Under the pieces are notes generated by a model. It saw nothing but the letters and a program-made list of their open reading frames with translations, ran no database searches and was not told where the DNA came from. From Octopus sinensis (taxonomy: Eukaryota), in the NCBI RefSeq assembly GCF_006345805.1, contig NW_021824292.1, positions 1 through 19,087 on the forward strand: a stretch of 19,087 nucleotides of DNA. The letters are read 5' to 3'. A program made the position numbers and the translations under genes. Shown piece after piece: positions 1 to 8,715 of this stretch (the stretch's first letter is position 1; the number at the start of each line of letters is the position of its first letter).

Positions 1-521
1 GCACTTGAAGACCACATGGTCAATGGTTTCATTTTGTTGCTGGCATACACGACACGTTGGACTGCTTCTGATCTTTAATATGTGGCCTGATAGTTTTTCT
101 TGTTGGTAGGCATTGATCTTGAGCTGCTATGATACCCCTCTGTTTCAGATTTTAAGCCAGAGGCCATTAGCCATTGATGGGTCAGGGCTTTGTCAACATC
201 TGCATTATTTGCTCTGTTTGGGTATTTGCCATAGAGAGGTTTTTCTTGCCATTTATCATTCAGAATATCTAAGGCCGCAGATTTAGTACGGGTTTTCATG
301 CGCTTAGCTTTTTCTGTGCCTGTTTCTTGTATGTCTATCTCTAATTCCGAAATTTGTTGTATTCGGAATTCACTTAGATATTCCTTTGCCTGTTTTGTTA
401 CTGAGTATGATGCTTTCTTGTTTTCATGTTTTGAGACAAGTTTTAACATCCAGTCCTCAGAGTTTTTCAGGAAAGGTGTCTAGGCCAATTGTAGCAATCT
501 TCATTGTTATTGCCAGTTGTA

Positions 522-524
<3 letters not shown>
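1..524 (-). mobile_element. Decayed non-LTR retrotransposon fragment of the RLE-endonuclease type (R4/Dong-like): post-RT region plus CCHC zinc knuckle, running off the window edge
   Basis: The minus-strand translation across frameshifts reads LQLAITMKIATIGLDT/FLKNSEDWMLKLV...KWQEKPLYGKY...HQWLMASGLKSETEG/IIAAQDQCLPTR/NYQA/ILKIRSSPTCRVCQQQNETIDHVVFKC. The last segment (54 to 1) is an intact C-x2-C-x8-H-x4-C knuckle. The KW-KPLxG-Y and WL-LK-ETEG-I-AAQDQ blocks are typical of R4-clade elements; the clade call is from recalled family motifs. Confidence 0.82.
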
Positions 525-580
<56 letters not shown>

Positions 581-581
581 T
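525..581. repeat. (CAT)n microsatellite abutting the 5'-truncated end of the R4-like fragment
   Basis: Perfect ATC/CAT run of about 18 units. Confidence 0.97.
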
Positions 582-864
582 ACCATGTCATGAGAGTGAG
601 ATGGCTTTTAAATACTAAAGTACAATAGATTTTGAAACAATGTTTCCATTGCAGACGTAAAAACACTGATTATGAGAGATGAGAATTAGTTAAAACAGAA
701 GCGTTTAAACAAGAACACAAGCTGAGTTTTCATTTCAATATGTTCCATATTTACAAACGTACACACATACGTACAGTCACAGATTCGCTTAAATGCATGC
801 ACATACACACACACTAACACACATACGTACATGAACACACGCATATTTGTTTTTATACAGAAAG

Positions 865-874
865 GAGAGAGAGA

Positions 875-916
<42 letters not shown>
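865..916. repeat. (GA)n microsatellite
   Basis: Near-perfect GA run. Confidence 0.95.
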
Positions 917-919
<3 letters not shown>

Positions 920-1602
920 TGAGAAATTGCATAGTCAAAACTTCTGAGATTGTGTAACTTCCATTAGAAATGTAACTGGCTTTTTAGGTTTTTCTTATAT
1001 AAGCCGTATTTCTCATTGTTAATGAAATACGCATGAGATAATGTCACTAAATATTTTATTAATATACTCCCCCCGCTTTGTTTTTTCTCTCCAGCTCTTT
1101 CTCCTTCTATCTCTTTCGCCCCTCTTTCTCCCCCTTTCTTCCTTGTCTTCTTCCCCTTTCTCTTCCTCCTCCTCTCTCTGTCTGCATTGTTCCTGTTATT
1201 CAAATTTCGCATTGTGTCGCGCTAATTTGGTTTGAGAATTGCGTTAAGAGTTCGCTGCGTAATACATAGTCCCTTACACATTTTTGTTACATTTGGAAAG
1301 GAATTTAGTTGGTAGGATAAATTAAGGCTCAACATCGATACTGACGCAAATTCCACCAAGGTAGAATTATAACGTTACCAAATCTATCAGCACTACCAGT
1401 CCTCTGGGTGCCTTTAGAAGTAGGGATTTCAGCCTGTTATCGGCCCAGGATTAACTTCTTCCCACTTATCTCGGATGTCATGAAAAGGGTCATTGGTAAC
1501 GCACCCCCGCTTTTCATTAATCCCTAAAAATTGTTCAAACGGTATTAACCTTGTAAAATAAACGAGTGTTCGATACGTTTGTCGGTGCGGTGTTCTGCCC
1601 AG

Positions 1603-1975
1603 CTCTTTATCTTTTGTGCTTTACTTGTTTCAGTCATCGAACTGCTGGGTTTTAATCGGACAAAGTGACCCAGTAGCTATTTGTAAGTTTGGTATTTATC
1701 CGCTCTTCTCTTTTGCCGAACCGCTATGTTATAACAGCACAAACAAACCCACGCTAGTTATCAAGCGGTGGTGTTGGGGACAAACACAGACACGCGGACA
1801 AACACACACATGCAACAAACACATACACACATATACACGATGAGCTTCCACGCAGTTTTCATCTGCCAAATTCATTCACAAGGCATTGATCGGTCCGGAG
1901 CTTTAGTGGAAGTCACTTGCCCAGTACTGTGCAATGAGACAGAGCTCGAAACCACGTGGGTGAAATTAGCTTATG
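1603..1975 (-). mobile_element. Diverged composite tRNA-derived SINE (head, internal CA/TG microsatellite, conserved 3' part)
   Basis: 1842-1975 is the reverse complement of the head seen on plus at 3445-3580 and 17254-17395 (GGGCAAGTG-CTTC, GTGGATTTGGTAGA-GGAAACTG blocks). 1603-1800 carries TTTACTTGTTTCAGTCA, CTCTTTTGCCGAACCGCT and GGGGACAAACACAGACAC, which I recognise as the 3' body of the same octopus-type family. Confidence 0.75.
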
Positions 1976-2265
1976 AAAACCACATAGTCAAAACGCATAT
2001 AGTCAAAACTGCGCCTTGTAAAAGGCGTAAATGATTTGAAATGAAAATGGACTACGTTTTGCGGGCCTTTTTCGAGAGACACTTTACAGAAGAAGTTTCT
2101 CTTTAATTATCAGTCCCCTCAAGAAAGAATGCAAGACAGTGGAAAAAATTCTACACCATCATTTAACTAACGACCAAACCTCCAACAAATGAAACCCTAA
2201 CGTCTTAGAAGTAAAAAGAAGGTTATCCTTGTCCTCAAAACCATATAGTCAAAACCACATAGTCA
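1976..2265. repeat. About 290 bp segment bounded by tandem 14-15 bp repeats (AAAACCACATAGTC / AAAACCATATAGTC) in direct orientation; possible MITE or Helitron-associated arm
   Basis: ATAGTCAAAAC occurs at 1984, 1999 and 2245, ATAGTCA at 2259, and a lone copy at 931. Confidence 0.5.
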
Positions 2266-2403
2266 TGTTATCAAATTATTTGCTGACTTGTTTGATGGAT
2301 CTGCGGTCTGCAACACAAGGGGAAGTGGTCGTTTGTAATAAAAGATGTATTCAGAAATGTTCGGTGCATGAGAGAAGTCGATTTTTTTTTCAAATATCTT
2401 TTT
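2260..2403 (+). repeat. Repeat A, copy 1 (inverted partner at 5112-5255)
   Basis: Manual alignment with the reverse complement of 5112-5255 gives about 4 substitutions and one small indel over about 140 bp. Confidence 0.93.
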
Positions 2404-2404
2404 C

Positions 2405-2509
2405 TTTATCGCTGGATGGGATCTAACAAGTGCTGCTACTCCGAGCCAGAGTAGGCTTGGAAACAACAGTGGCTAAGCGGAGGTTACAAACTCCTCAACA
2501 CCTGGAACT
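2405..2509 (+). repeat. Repeat B, copy 1 (direct partner at 4030-4135)
   Basis: TTTATCGCTGGATGGGATCTAACAAGTGCTGCTACT...CTGGAACT, with about 4 substitutions and one indel against copy 2. Confidence 0.93.
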
Positions 2510-3039
2510 GCTTGAAAGCAGTTGATCAAAGTTGTGCTCGATTAACGTTGAATTTAATATTAAACATCAAGAAAAGCAAGAAGAAAACTCACAGCTTAAA
2601 AAGCATCACCACACCAAAAAAAAAAAAAAACACTAACATTTGATAATCACCGCCATCATCATCATCAACTCTCCATCGCAAAACTAAAACAAAAGCAACA
2701 AAAACAACGTAAGACTTCAATAAAGAATGACATATAGTACAGTTTAGTTCTAGATAGATTAGTAGGCAACTAAAACACATTTGATCATAGGTGTGCTCAA
2801 TCAAGTTTGAAATGGCATTAGACATCAACAAAATCAACATGAATAACAACAACAACAACAACAACAGATGTATATCTATCACCGGAAGAGGAATTTAAAA
2901 CAAATATTTAAAAGAAACAATTTCTGTTGTAAAAACTAACATAATTGATCTACCATTGATGAATATGTTTAATCACGGACTGTTTAGCGATCGATTTTGT
3001 TTATTGCTCAACTACATGGGACACTCTTATATTTATTTG

Positions 3040-3170
3040 CTGGTTCTTTGACTGGTTTCACTCTTTGGACAACCGCCATATAGAGGAACCGCTTTCAAAA
3101 GGTTTCAGTTGAATTTATCGATCCCTTTGCTGTCTGCGACTTATTCCATCGATTTCGTAATGGACGAAAT
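3040..3170 (-). mobile_element. Highly diverged SINE 3' body fragment
   Basis: ACTGGTTTCACTCTTTGGAC...GGAACCGCTTTCAAAAGGTTTCAGTTGAA...ATCGATCCC resembles the 3' body of the 1603-1975 family. The upstream part matches 1621-1640 and the rest relies on a recalled consensus. Confidence 0.45.
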
Positions 3171-3245
3171 GGCATAATTTAGACTAAATGCCAGAAGGTA
3201 TATGAGTTTAACACGATAACTTTCGTTTCATTATTGCAAGTCAAT

Positions 3246-3346
<101 letters not shown>

Positions 3347-3439
3347 CACTCATTAATAATATAAACGAACAAGAAAACCAGTCCTCACTATCATAAAGGT
3401 AGAATATTAACTTAATTTAGTCGATTGCAAGTATGCCGG

Positions 3440-3604
3440 CGATTACTGTTGGTTCCTCCACGTATAAGCCACGTAGGTTTTCAGTGTGACATCTAGGGCA
3501 AGTGTCTTCCATTATAACATCGGGCCAACTATAGCTTTGCGAGTGGATTTGGTAGATGGAAACTGAAAGAAGCCCGTCATATATATATATATATATATAT
3601 ATAT
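3440..3604 (+). mobile_element. tRNA-derived SINE head followed by (TA)n
   Basis: GGGCAAGTGTCTTCCATTATA...GAGTGGATTTGGTAGATGGAAACTGAAAGAAGCCCGTC then (TA)n. Same family as 1842-1975 (minus) and 17254-17395. Confidence 0.8.
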
Positions 3605-3610
3605 GCGCCA

Positions 3611-3845
3611 TTTTAAAGCCTAGCCAGGCTCATTGGCCCGGTTTCCCGGTTTCTATGGCGTATGTGTTCCCCAGCTGGACGGGATGCCAGTCCATCGCAG
3701 CGTTACTTATTTTTGCCAGCTGAGTGAACTGGAGCAACGTGAAATGAAATGTTTTGCTCAAGAACACAACGCGTCGCCAGTCCAGGATTCGAAACCACAA
3801 TTTATGATCATGATGCTGACACCCTAACCACTAAGCCACGCGCCG
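3611..3845 (-). mobile_element. tRNA-derived SINE with a V-domain-like central block
   Basis: The minus strand starts GGCGCGTGGCTTAGTGGTTAGGG (A box) with GGTTTCGAATCC (B box). The internal CTGCGATGGACTGGCATCCCGTCCAG resembles the V-SINE conserved domain as I recall it. Confidence 0.8.
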
Positions 3846-3849
3846 CACT

Positions 3850-3850
<1 letters not shown>

Positions 3851-3887
<37 letters not shown>

Positions 3888-3993
3888 TATATATATAATA
3901 TATTATATATACTATATATATATATATATCTATATACTATATATATATATAATTATATATATATATATATACACACATACATATATATACATA
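3851..3993. repeat. Compound (CA)n/(TA)n microsatellite
   Basis: Direct inspection. Confidence 0.93.
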
Positions 3994-4029
3994 CGGTTGT
4001 TTATATCCGCATCGTTTTATATATGTTAA

Positions 4030-4135
4030 TTTATCGCTGGATGGGATCTAACAAGTGCTGCTACTCTGAGCCAGAGTAGGCTTGGGAACAACAGTGGCTA
4101 AGCGGAGGTTCCAAACTCCTCAAAACTCTGGAACT
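4030..4135 (+). repeat. Repeat B, copy 2
   Basis: About 95% identical direct copy of 2405-2509. Confidence 0.93.
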
Positions 4136-4166
4136 CCTAAAACAAGGGTTCCACTACCGGATGAAT

Positions 4167-4307
4167 AGACACGCACACAAAACAGACACGCACACAAAAC
4201 AAGAACGAATACTTAAGAAGTTTAACCACACCAGTTTACGTAGTGCGAGTCATGTTTACGTAGTGCGAGTCATATTTTTGATGACGGTGTATTTTTGATG
4301 ATGTTGT
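4167..4307. repeat. Cluster of three short tandem duplications (17, 20 and 17 bp units)
   Basis: AGACACGCACACAAAAC x2 (4167-4200, perfect), GTTTACGTAGTGCGAGTCAT x2 (4234-4273, perfect) and ATTTTTGATGA(C/T)G(G/T)TGT x2 (4274-4307, 2 mismatches). Confidence 0.92.
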
Positions 4308-4459
4308 TTAGCGACAAGTTAGATATAAGATCACAGGCATTCTGCTTCGGACCATCGAGTCTTTTAAGATTTAGTTTCATTATACTACATAACACCCAAG
4401 AGAGTAGTAATCATCAATTCACTCCCATAAGTTTCACATTTTATATGTGAGTATAACTC

Positions 4460-4610
4460 AGGCGGCGAGCCAGCAGAACCGTTAGCACGTTGGATAAAAT
4501 GCTTAGCAGCTTTTCTTACGGTTCTTTAAGTTCTAAGTTCAAATTCCGTTGAAGATGACTTTGCCTTTCATCCCTTTGGGTCAATAAAATAAAGTACCAG
4601 TTAAGTACTG
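4460..4610 (+). mobile_element. Diverged, 3'-truncated SINE of the GGCGGCGAGCTGGCAGAA family
   Basis: GGCGGCGAGCCAGCAGAACCGTTAGCAC...GTTCAAATTCC...TTTGCCTTTCATCC...AAGTACCAGTT, colinear with 7414-7644. Confidence 0.85.
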
Positions 4611-5111
4611 AACTTGTACGCTACACTCAAAGTTGCTGCCTTGGAACCTGCAAAAAAACTGGTTTTCCGTTTGAGGGAATCTTGCGATCTCGCACACTCA
4701 GGCGCCATGGAAACGGGTTTACAGGTCTCTCAAGAAAAAATTAAATAAAACTTACTGCTTTTGGGGAATATCTTTAAAAGTTATATACTTACATGTAGGG
4801 TACCATTTTTTTTAATGGAGAAAAAAGATGGTAGCGCGTGATTTGAAGCAGATCCGGCTGCTGTGAATAAGCACTTGTCGATTGTATCATTAAATTGCAG
4901 ACCAGAGTTCAACTCTTGTCATGCAGCACAATAAAAAAACAAGGAATATCAAAAATAGTTGAAATGCATGCATATCTCACAAAAAAAAAAATCTATATAA
5001 AAACCGAAGTCTCTGTCGCAGACATAGCAACTACTGAAACGTTTTTACATGGTGTAATCATTTGTGTCTATATTGTGTGTGTGCAATTAAGAATGTGAAA
5101 CAGCTTATCCG

Positions 5112-5255
5112 AAAGATATTTGAAAAAAAAAGATCGACTTCTCTCATGCACCGAACATTTCTGAATACATCTTTTATCACAAACGACCACTTCCCCTTGT
5201 GTTGCAGACTGCAGATCCATCAAACAAGTCAACAAATAATTTGATAACATAACTA
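5112..5255 (-). repeat. Repeat A, copy 2 (inverted relative to 2260-2403)
   Basis: About 96% identical reverse complement of copy 1. Confidence 0.93.
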
Positions 5256-5749
5256 AGCAACTAAATAAGATAAATAAGATGAATAAATAGATAAATAAGG
5301 TGAAATCGAATGAACCTAGATAAATTATTATCTGTAAAACGCTCCTTGAAACCAATGCGGCAGCAAATTGCTTTACAAATCTCTCACAACCTTCTACCTT
5401 CAAAAAGCGTCACACGATGTCATTTCTCTACATTCGGTTCCACCAAGTCCCTTTTATCTAATACGTATATATGTACATATGTATGAATCTGTGTACGTAC
5501 ATTTATATTTGTGTGTGTGTGTATGTGTGCATAGACACGCACAGATTTCTACTGCTTGATTACCTTCGTTTACAATCAAACCGCTTCTTTTTTTTCCTTA
5601 AAATCTTATCTGGTTTTTTCCTGTGATTGTTATTTTTTATGGCCGTGCTTCGTTTTTCTTCTATTTTAACATAGCTTCTGATGTTTGATATTTTATTCAA
5701 TTAGGTCTTAGTTATAGTATCATGCAGTCTCGCTAATTACCGATACATG

Positions 5750-5752
5750 CAC

Positions 5753-5784
<32 letters not shown>

Positions 5785-5960
5785 ATATATATATATATAT
5801 ATAAATATAGATATTATATATATATCTATATATATATGTATGTATATATGTATATATATTAAAGTAGAAAGAGGGATGCATTGTGTTATATATATATGGT
5901 GTGTGGTGTGTGTGTGGGTGGGTATGTATGTATGTATGTATATATATATATATGTATTGG

Positions 5961-6011
<51 letters not shown>

Positions 6012-6045
6012 ATATTATATATATATGCATGTATCTGTATGTATG
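5750..6045. repeat. Degenerate (TA)n/(TATG)n low-complexity tract
   Basis: Direct inspection. It is the source of the YIYI-type ORFs in the track. Confidence 0.95.
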
Positions 6046-6144
6046 TGTGTATATTTACAGACACACATCACACATACGTGGATGTGCATCCTTTGAAAAT
6101 ACAGTCGCCAAAAAGATCAGTCGTGGTATAAAGAATAACAGAAG

Positions 6145-6182
<38 letters not shown>

Positions 6183-6222
6183 CACACACGTGTGTGTGTT
6201 GTTGTGTATGTGTGTACGTTAG

Positions 6223-6369
6223 CTGGTGGCTATAGATATGTGTGCTGCGTTTGTGCTTGTGTGTGCGTACGAGTTTTTGAGTACCTGTTTGAAGACGAGA
6301 GAAAAAGAAGGAAAAAATAATGCCAACGAAGTGAATAATAGAGCCATGGAACCTTTAAATTCAATCGAA
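6223..6369 (+). CDS. Candidate internal coding exon (147 nt, phase 0-0): hydrophobic helix then charged tail, LVAIDMCAAFVLVCAYEFLSTCLKTREKEGKNNANEVNNRAMEPLNSIE
   Basis: Acceptor GTACGTTAG| at 6222 and strong donor GAA|GTGAGT at 6370. The frame is open for exactly 49 codons in non-repetitive sequence between microsatellites. I recognise no homolog. Confidence 0.48.
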
Positions 6370-6786
6370 GTGAGTCTCTACATAAGTTGATGATGATGAT
6401 GATGATGATCATTATGACGATAACGATGACAAGATACTCAATAGAGAAATCAAAATATATGTAATAAAGATAATGAGGTAACTGCATGTATATACATACA
6501 CTAACACACACAAAATTCATCATTTGAGACTCCAGAAAATCTAAATTAATGTCTGACCTTCTTAAATAATGTGTTGCTCAGAATTTCGTTATTAACAAGT
6601 ATGATTAATAGATATAAACCTCATTAACAGTCTGCGATAATTCTCTCTTATTTTTTTTTAAATGTCAAACTTTTTTTAGAATTTTTCCCGTGGGCTGTGC
6701 TGATAATTTATTAAGTTCCACAGGATATTTTTATATGATTTAAGTCAAAAAGTTTGAGTGTACACCAACGTGTTAAATATAGTTGT

Positions 6787-7172
6787 TCTTCTCACTCCGT
6801 CGGTTACGACGACGAGGGTTCCGGTTGATCCGATCAACGGAACAGCCTGCTCGTGAAATTAACGTGTAAGTGGCTGAGCACTCCACAGACACGTGCACCC
6901 TTAACGCAGTTCTCGGGGATATTCAGCGTGACACAGAGAGTGACAACGGCCGGCCCTTTGAATACAGGTACAACGCAGAAACAGGAAGTAAGAGTGAGAG
7001 AAAGTTGTGGTGAAAGAGTACAGCAGGGATCACCACCATCCCCTGCCGGAGCCTCGTGGAGCTTTAGGTGTTTTCGCTCAATAAACACTCACAACGCCCG
7101 GTCTGGGAATCGAAACCGCGATCCTACGACCGCGAGTCCGCTGCCCTAACCACTGGGCCATTGCGCCTCCAC
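6787..7172 (-). mobile_element. Full-length tRNA-derived SINE with a 12 bp target-site duplication
   Basis: Minus-strand head GTGGAGGCGCAATGGCCCAGTGGTTAGGG (A box) and GGTTTCGATTCCC (B box). The TSD AAATATAGTTGT lies at 6775-6786 and 7173-7184. Confidence 0.92.
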
Positions 7173-7412
7173 AAATATAGTTGTACACACTTAAATACAT
7201 ATGTATACATATGTGTGTGTGTGTGTGTATGTATCTATGTATGTATTTATATATCTAGGACAGCGTTTCTGTAAACTGGTTGAGTTGCCAAAAAAGGAAC
7301 AGTTATAAGTTTCGTCAATCGGAATTGAATCATGATGGGTTCGAATATTTCTGGATAAAACACATGACGATAACATGGTAACCTATCAATATTTAAATAT
7401 CGTTAAACTTCA

Positions 7413-7811
7413 AGGCGGTGAGCTGGCAGAAACGCTAGCACGCCGGGCGAAATGCTTTGCGGTATTTCGTCCGCCGCTGCGTTCTGAGTTCAAATTCCAC
7501 CGAGGTCGACTTTGCCTTTCATACTTTCGGGGTCGATAAATAAAGTAGCAGTTACGCACTGGGGTCGATGTAATCGACTTAATCCGTTTGTCTGTCCTTG
7601 TTTGTCCCCTCTGTGTTTAGCCCCTTGTGGGTAATAAAGAAATAAGTATTTCGTCTGTCTTTACGTTCTGAGTTCAAATTCTGCAGCGGTCGACTTCGCC
7701 TTTCATCCTTTTGGGGTCGATAAATTAAGTACCAGTTCTGTACTGGATTCGATCTAATCGACTGGCCCCATCTGCCCCAAAATTTTGGGCCTTGTGCCTT
7801 GAGTAGAAAAG
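7413..7811 (+). mobile_element. Dimeric SINE (full monomer plus 5'-truncated monomer) inside one 17 bp TSD
   Basis: Monomer 1 spans 7414-7644 and monomer 2 spans 7645-7811, repeating TATTTCGTC...GTTCTGAGTTCAAATT...GGGGTCGATAAA. The flanks are AATATCGTTAAACTTCA (7396-7412) and AATATTGTTAAACTTCA (7812-7828). Confidence 0.92.
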
Positions 7812-8069
7812 AATATTGTTAAACTTCATGGGAATTCAGGTTTAGCTGCCTTATAGGCAAAGGATATCAACAAGCACAGATACTGCAGTATTTAGGACAA
7901 TTAATTTATCATTTTTCAAAATACGTTAAGGTATACTCTATGACAGAAGCTTACGCGGACCCTCAGTAATCTTTGTTTAGAATTATTTAGATGTATTGTT
8001 GGTGCACATTTTAGTGTAGAACAGCAGTTTATGTGAGAAAACGAACATTGCATTTATTTTTTTATTCAG

Positions 8070-8108
8070 ATAATAGAACTTGGTATTTTCCCACCCACAT
8101 CCGTGTAA
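8070..8108 (+). CDS. Candidate terminal coding exon IIELGIFPPTSV-stop, if read in phase 0 after the 6223-6369 exon
   Basis: Strong acceptor CATTTATTTTTTTATTCAG| at 8069. Phase 0 gives 12 codons then TAA, ending in T-S-V, which fits a class I PDZ-binding motif. The linkage to the upstream exon is inferred. Confidence 0.33.
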   Translation: MIELGIFPPTSV

Positions 8109-8137
8109 AGCCATTATACAAATTATATAAATTTATA

Positions 8138-8353
8138 GATATTGGTTCCACAGTTTTGCACAAAGCTAGCAATTTCAGAGGCGGGGTAAGTCAATTACAT
8201 CGACCCCAGTGCTCAACTGGTAACTTATTTTATCGATCCGGATAAAAGGCAAGGTCGATCTCCGCGGAATTTGAACAGTGAACATAAAGACGGACGAAAT
8301 GCTGCTAAGCATTTTATCCGGCGTGCTAACGATTCTGCCAGCTCACCGTCTGA
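8138..8353 (-). mobile_element. SINE of the GGCGGCGAGCTGGCAGAA family with a 14 bp TSD
   Basis: Reverse complement of the 7414-type monomer. The TSD TATATAAATTTATA lies at 8124-8137 and 8354-8367. Confidence 0.9.
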
Positions 8354-8508
8354 TATATAAATTTATAAGTATTGATACAAGTATTATTTACATAATGTTT
8401 GAGTCACAATATAATTACAAGGAGTCAAATATAGTGCTGCGAAAGGGAGAACCGATAAAAACGTCATCATAACAAAAGGAGTCAGATACACACGACGAGA
8501 AACAAACA

Positions 8509-8715
8509 CGACGAGCTGGTAGTATTGTTATCCCTCCTGGCAAAATGCCTAGCGTCACCACATCCGTCTTTACATAGTGGGTTCAAATGCTGCCGGAGTC
8601 GACTTTACCTTTCAACCTTTCGAGGTCAATAAAATATGTACGAGTTGAGCACTGGGGTCGATGTAATCGACTTAATCCGCCCCCTAAATTGCAGGCCTTG
8701 TGCCAACGTTTGAAA
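8509..8715 (+). mobile_element. Diverged SINE of the same family, joined directly to the Tx1-like fragment
   Basis: GACGAGCTGGTAG...GGTTCAAAT...GTCGACTTTACCTTTCA...GCACTGGGGTCGATGTAATCGACTTAATCC...GGCCTTGTGCC. Confidence 0.85.

Noticed and set aside
1391-1495. 105 nt phase 1-1 exon (A)LPVLWVPLEVGISACYRPRINFFPLISDVMKRVI(G), and a minus-strand WEEVNPGP resembling a 2A peptide
   Set aside because: The acceptor lacks a pyrimidine tract and I recognise no homology. WEEVNPGP lacks the D(V/I) of the D(V/I)ExNPGP consensus and the frame stops three codons later.
4167-4307. CRISPR-like array
   Set aside because: The units are directly tandem with no spacers, the three units are unrelated, there are no cas genes, and the context is eukaryotic.
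5720-6235. Long ORFs rich in YIYI, poly-His, poly-Met, poly-Ile or CVCV here and at 9382-9814, 10678-11229, 11985-12722, 14900-15211 and 18752-19046
   Set aside because: They are translations of di- and trinucleotide microsatellites that lack stops by composition, so they give no evidence of coding.
7100-7172. Functional tRNA genes at the SINE heads (also 3770-3845)
   Set aside because: A and B boxes are present, but no complete cloverleaf with an acceptor stem is evident, and the heads run into SINE bodies, with a TSD around the 6787-7172 copy.
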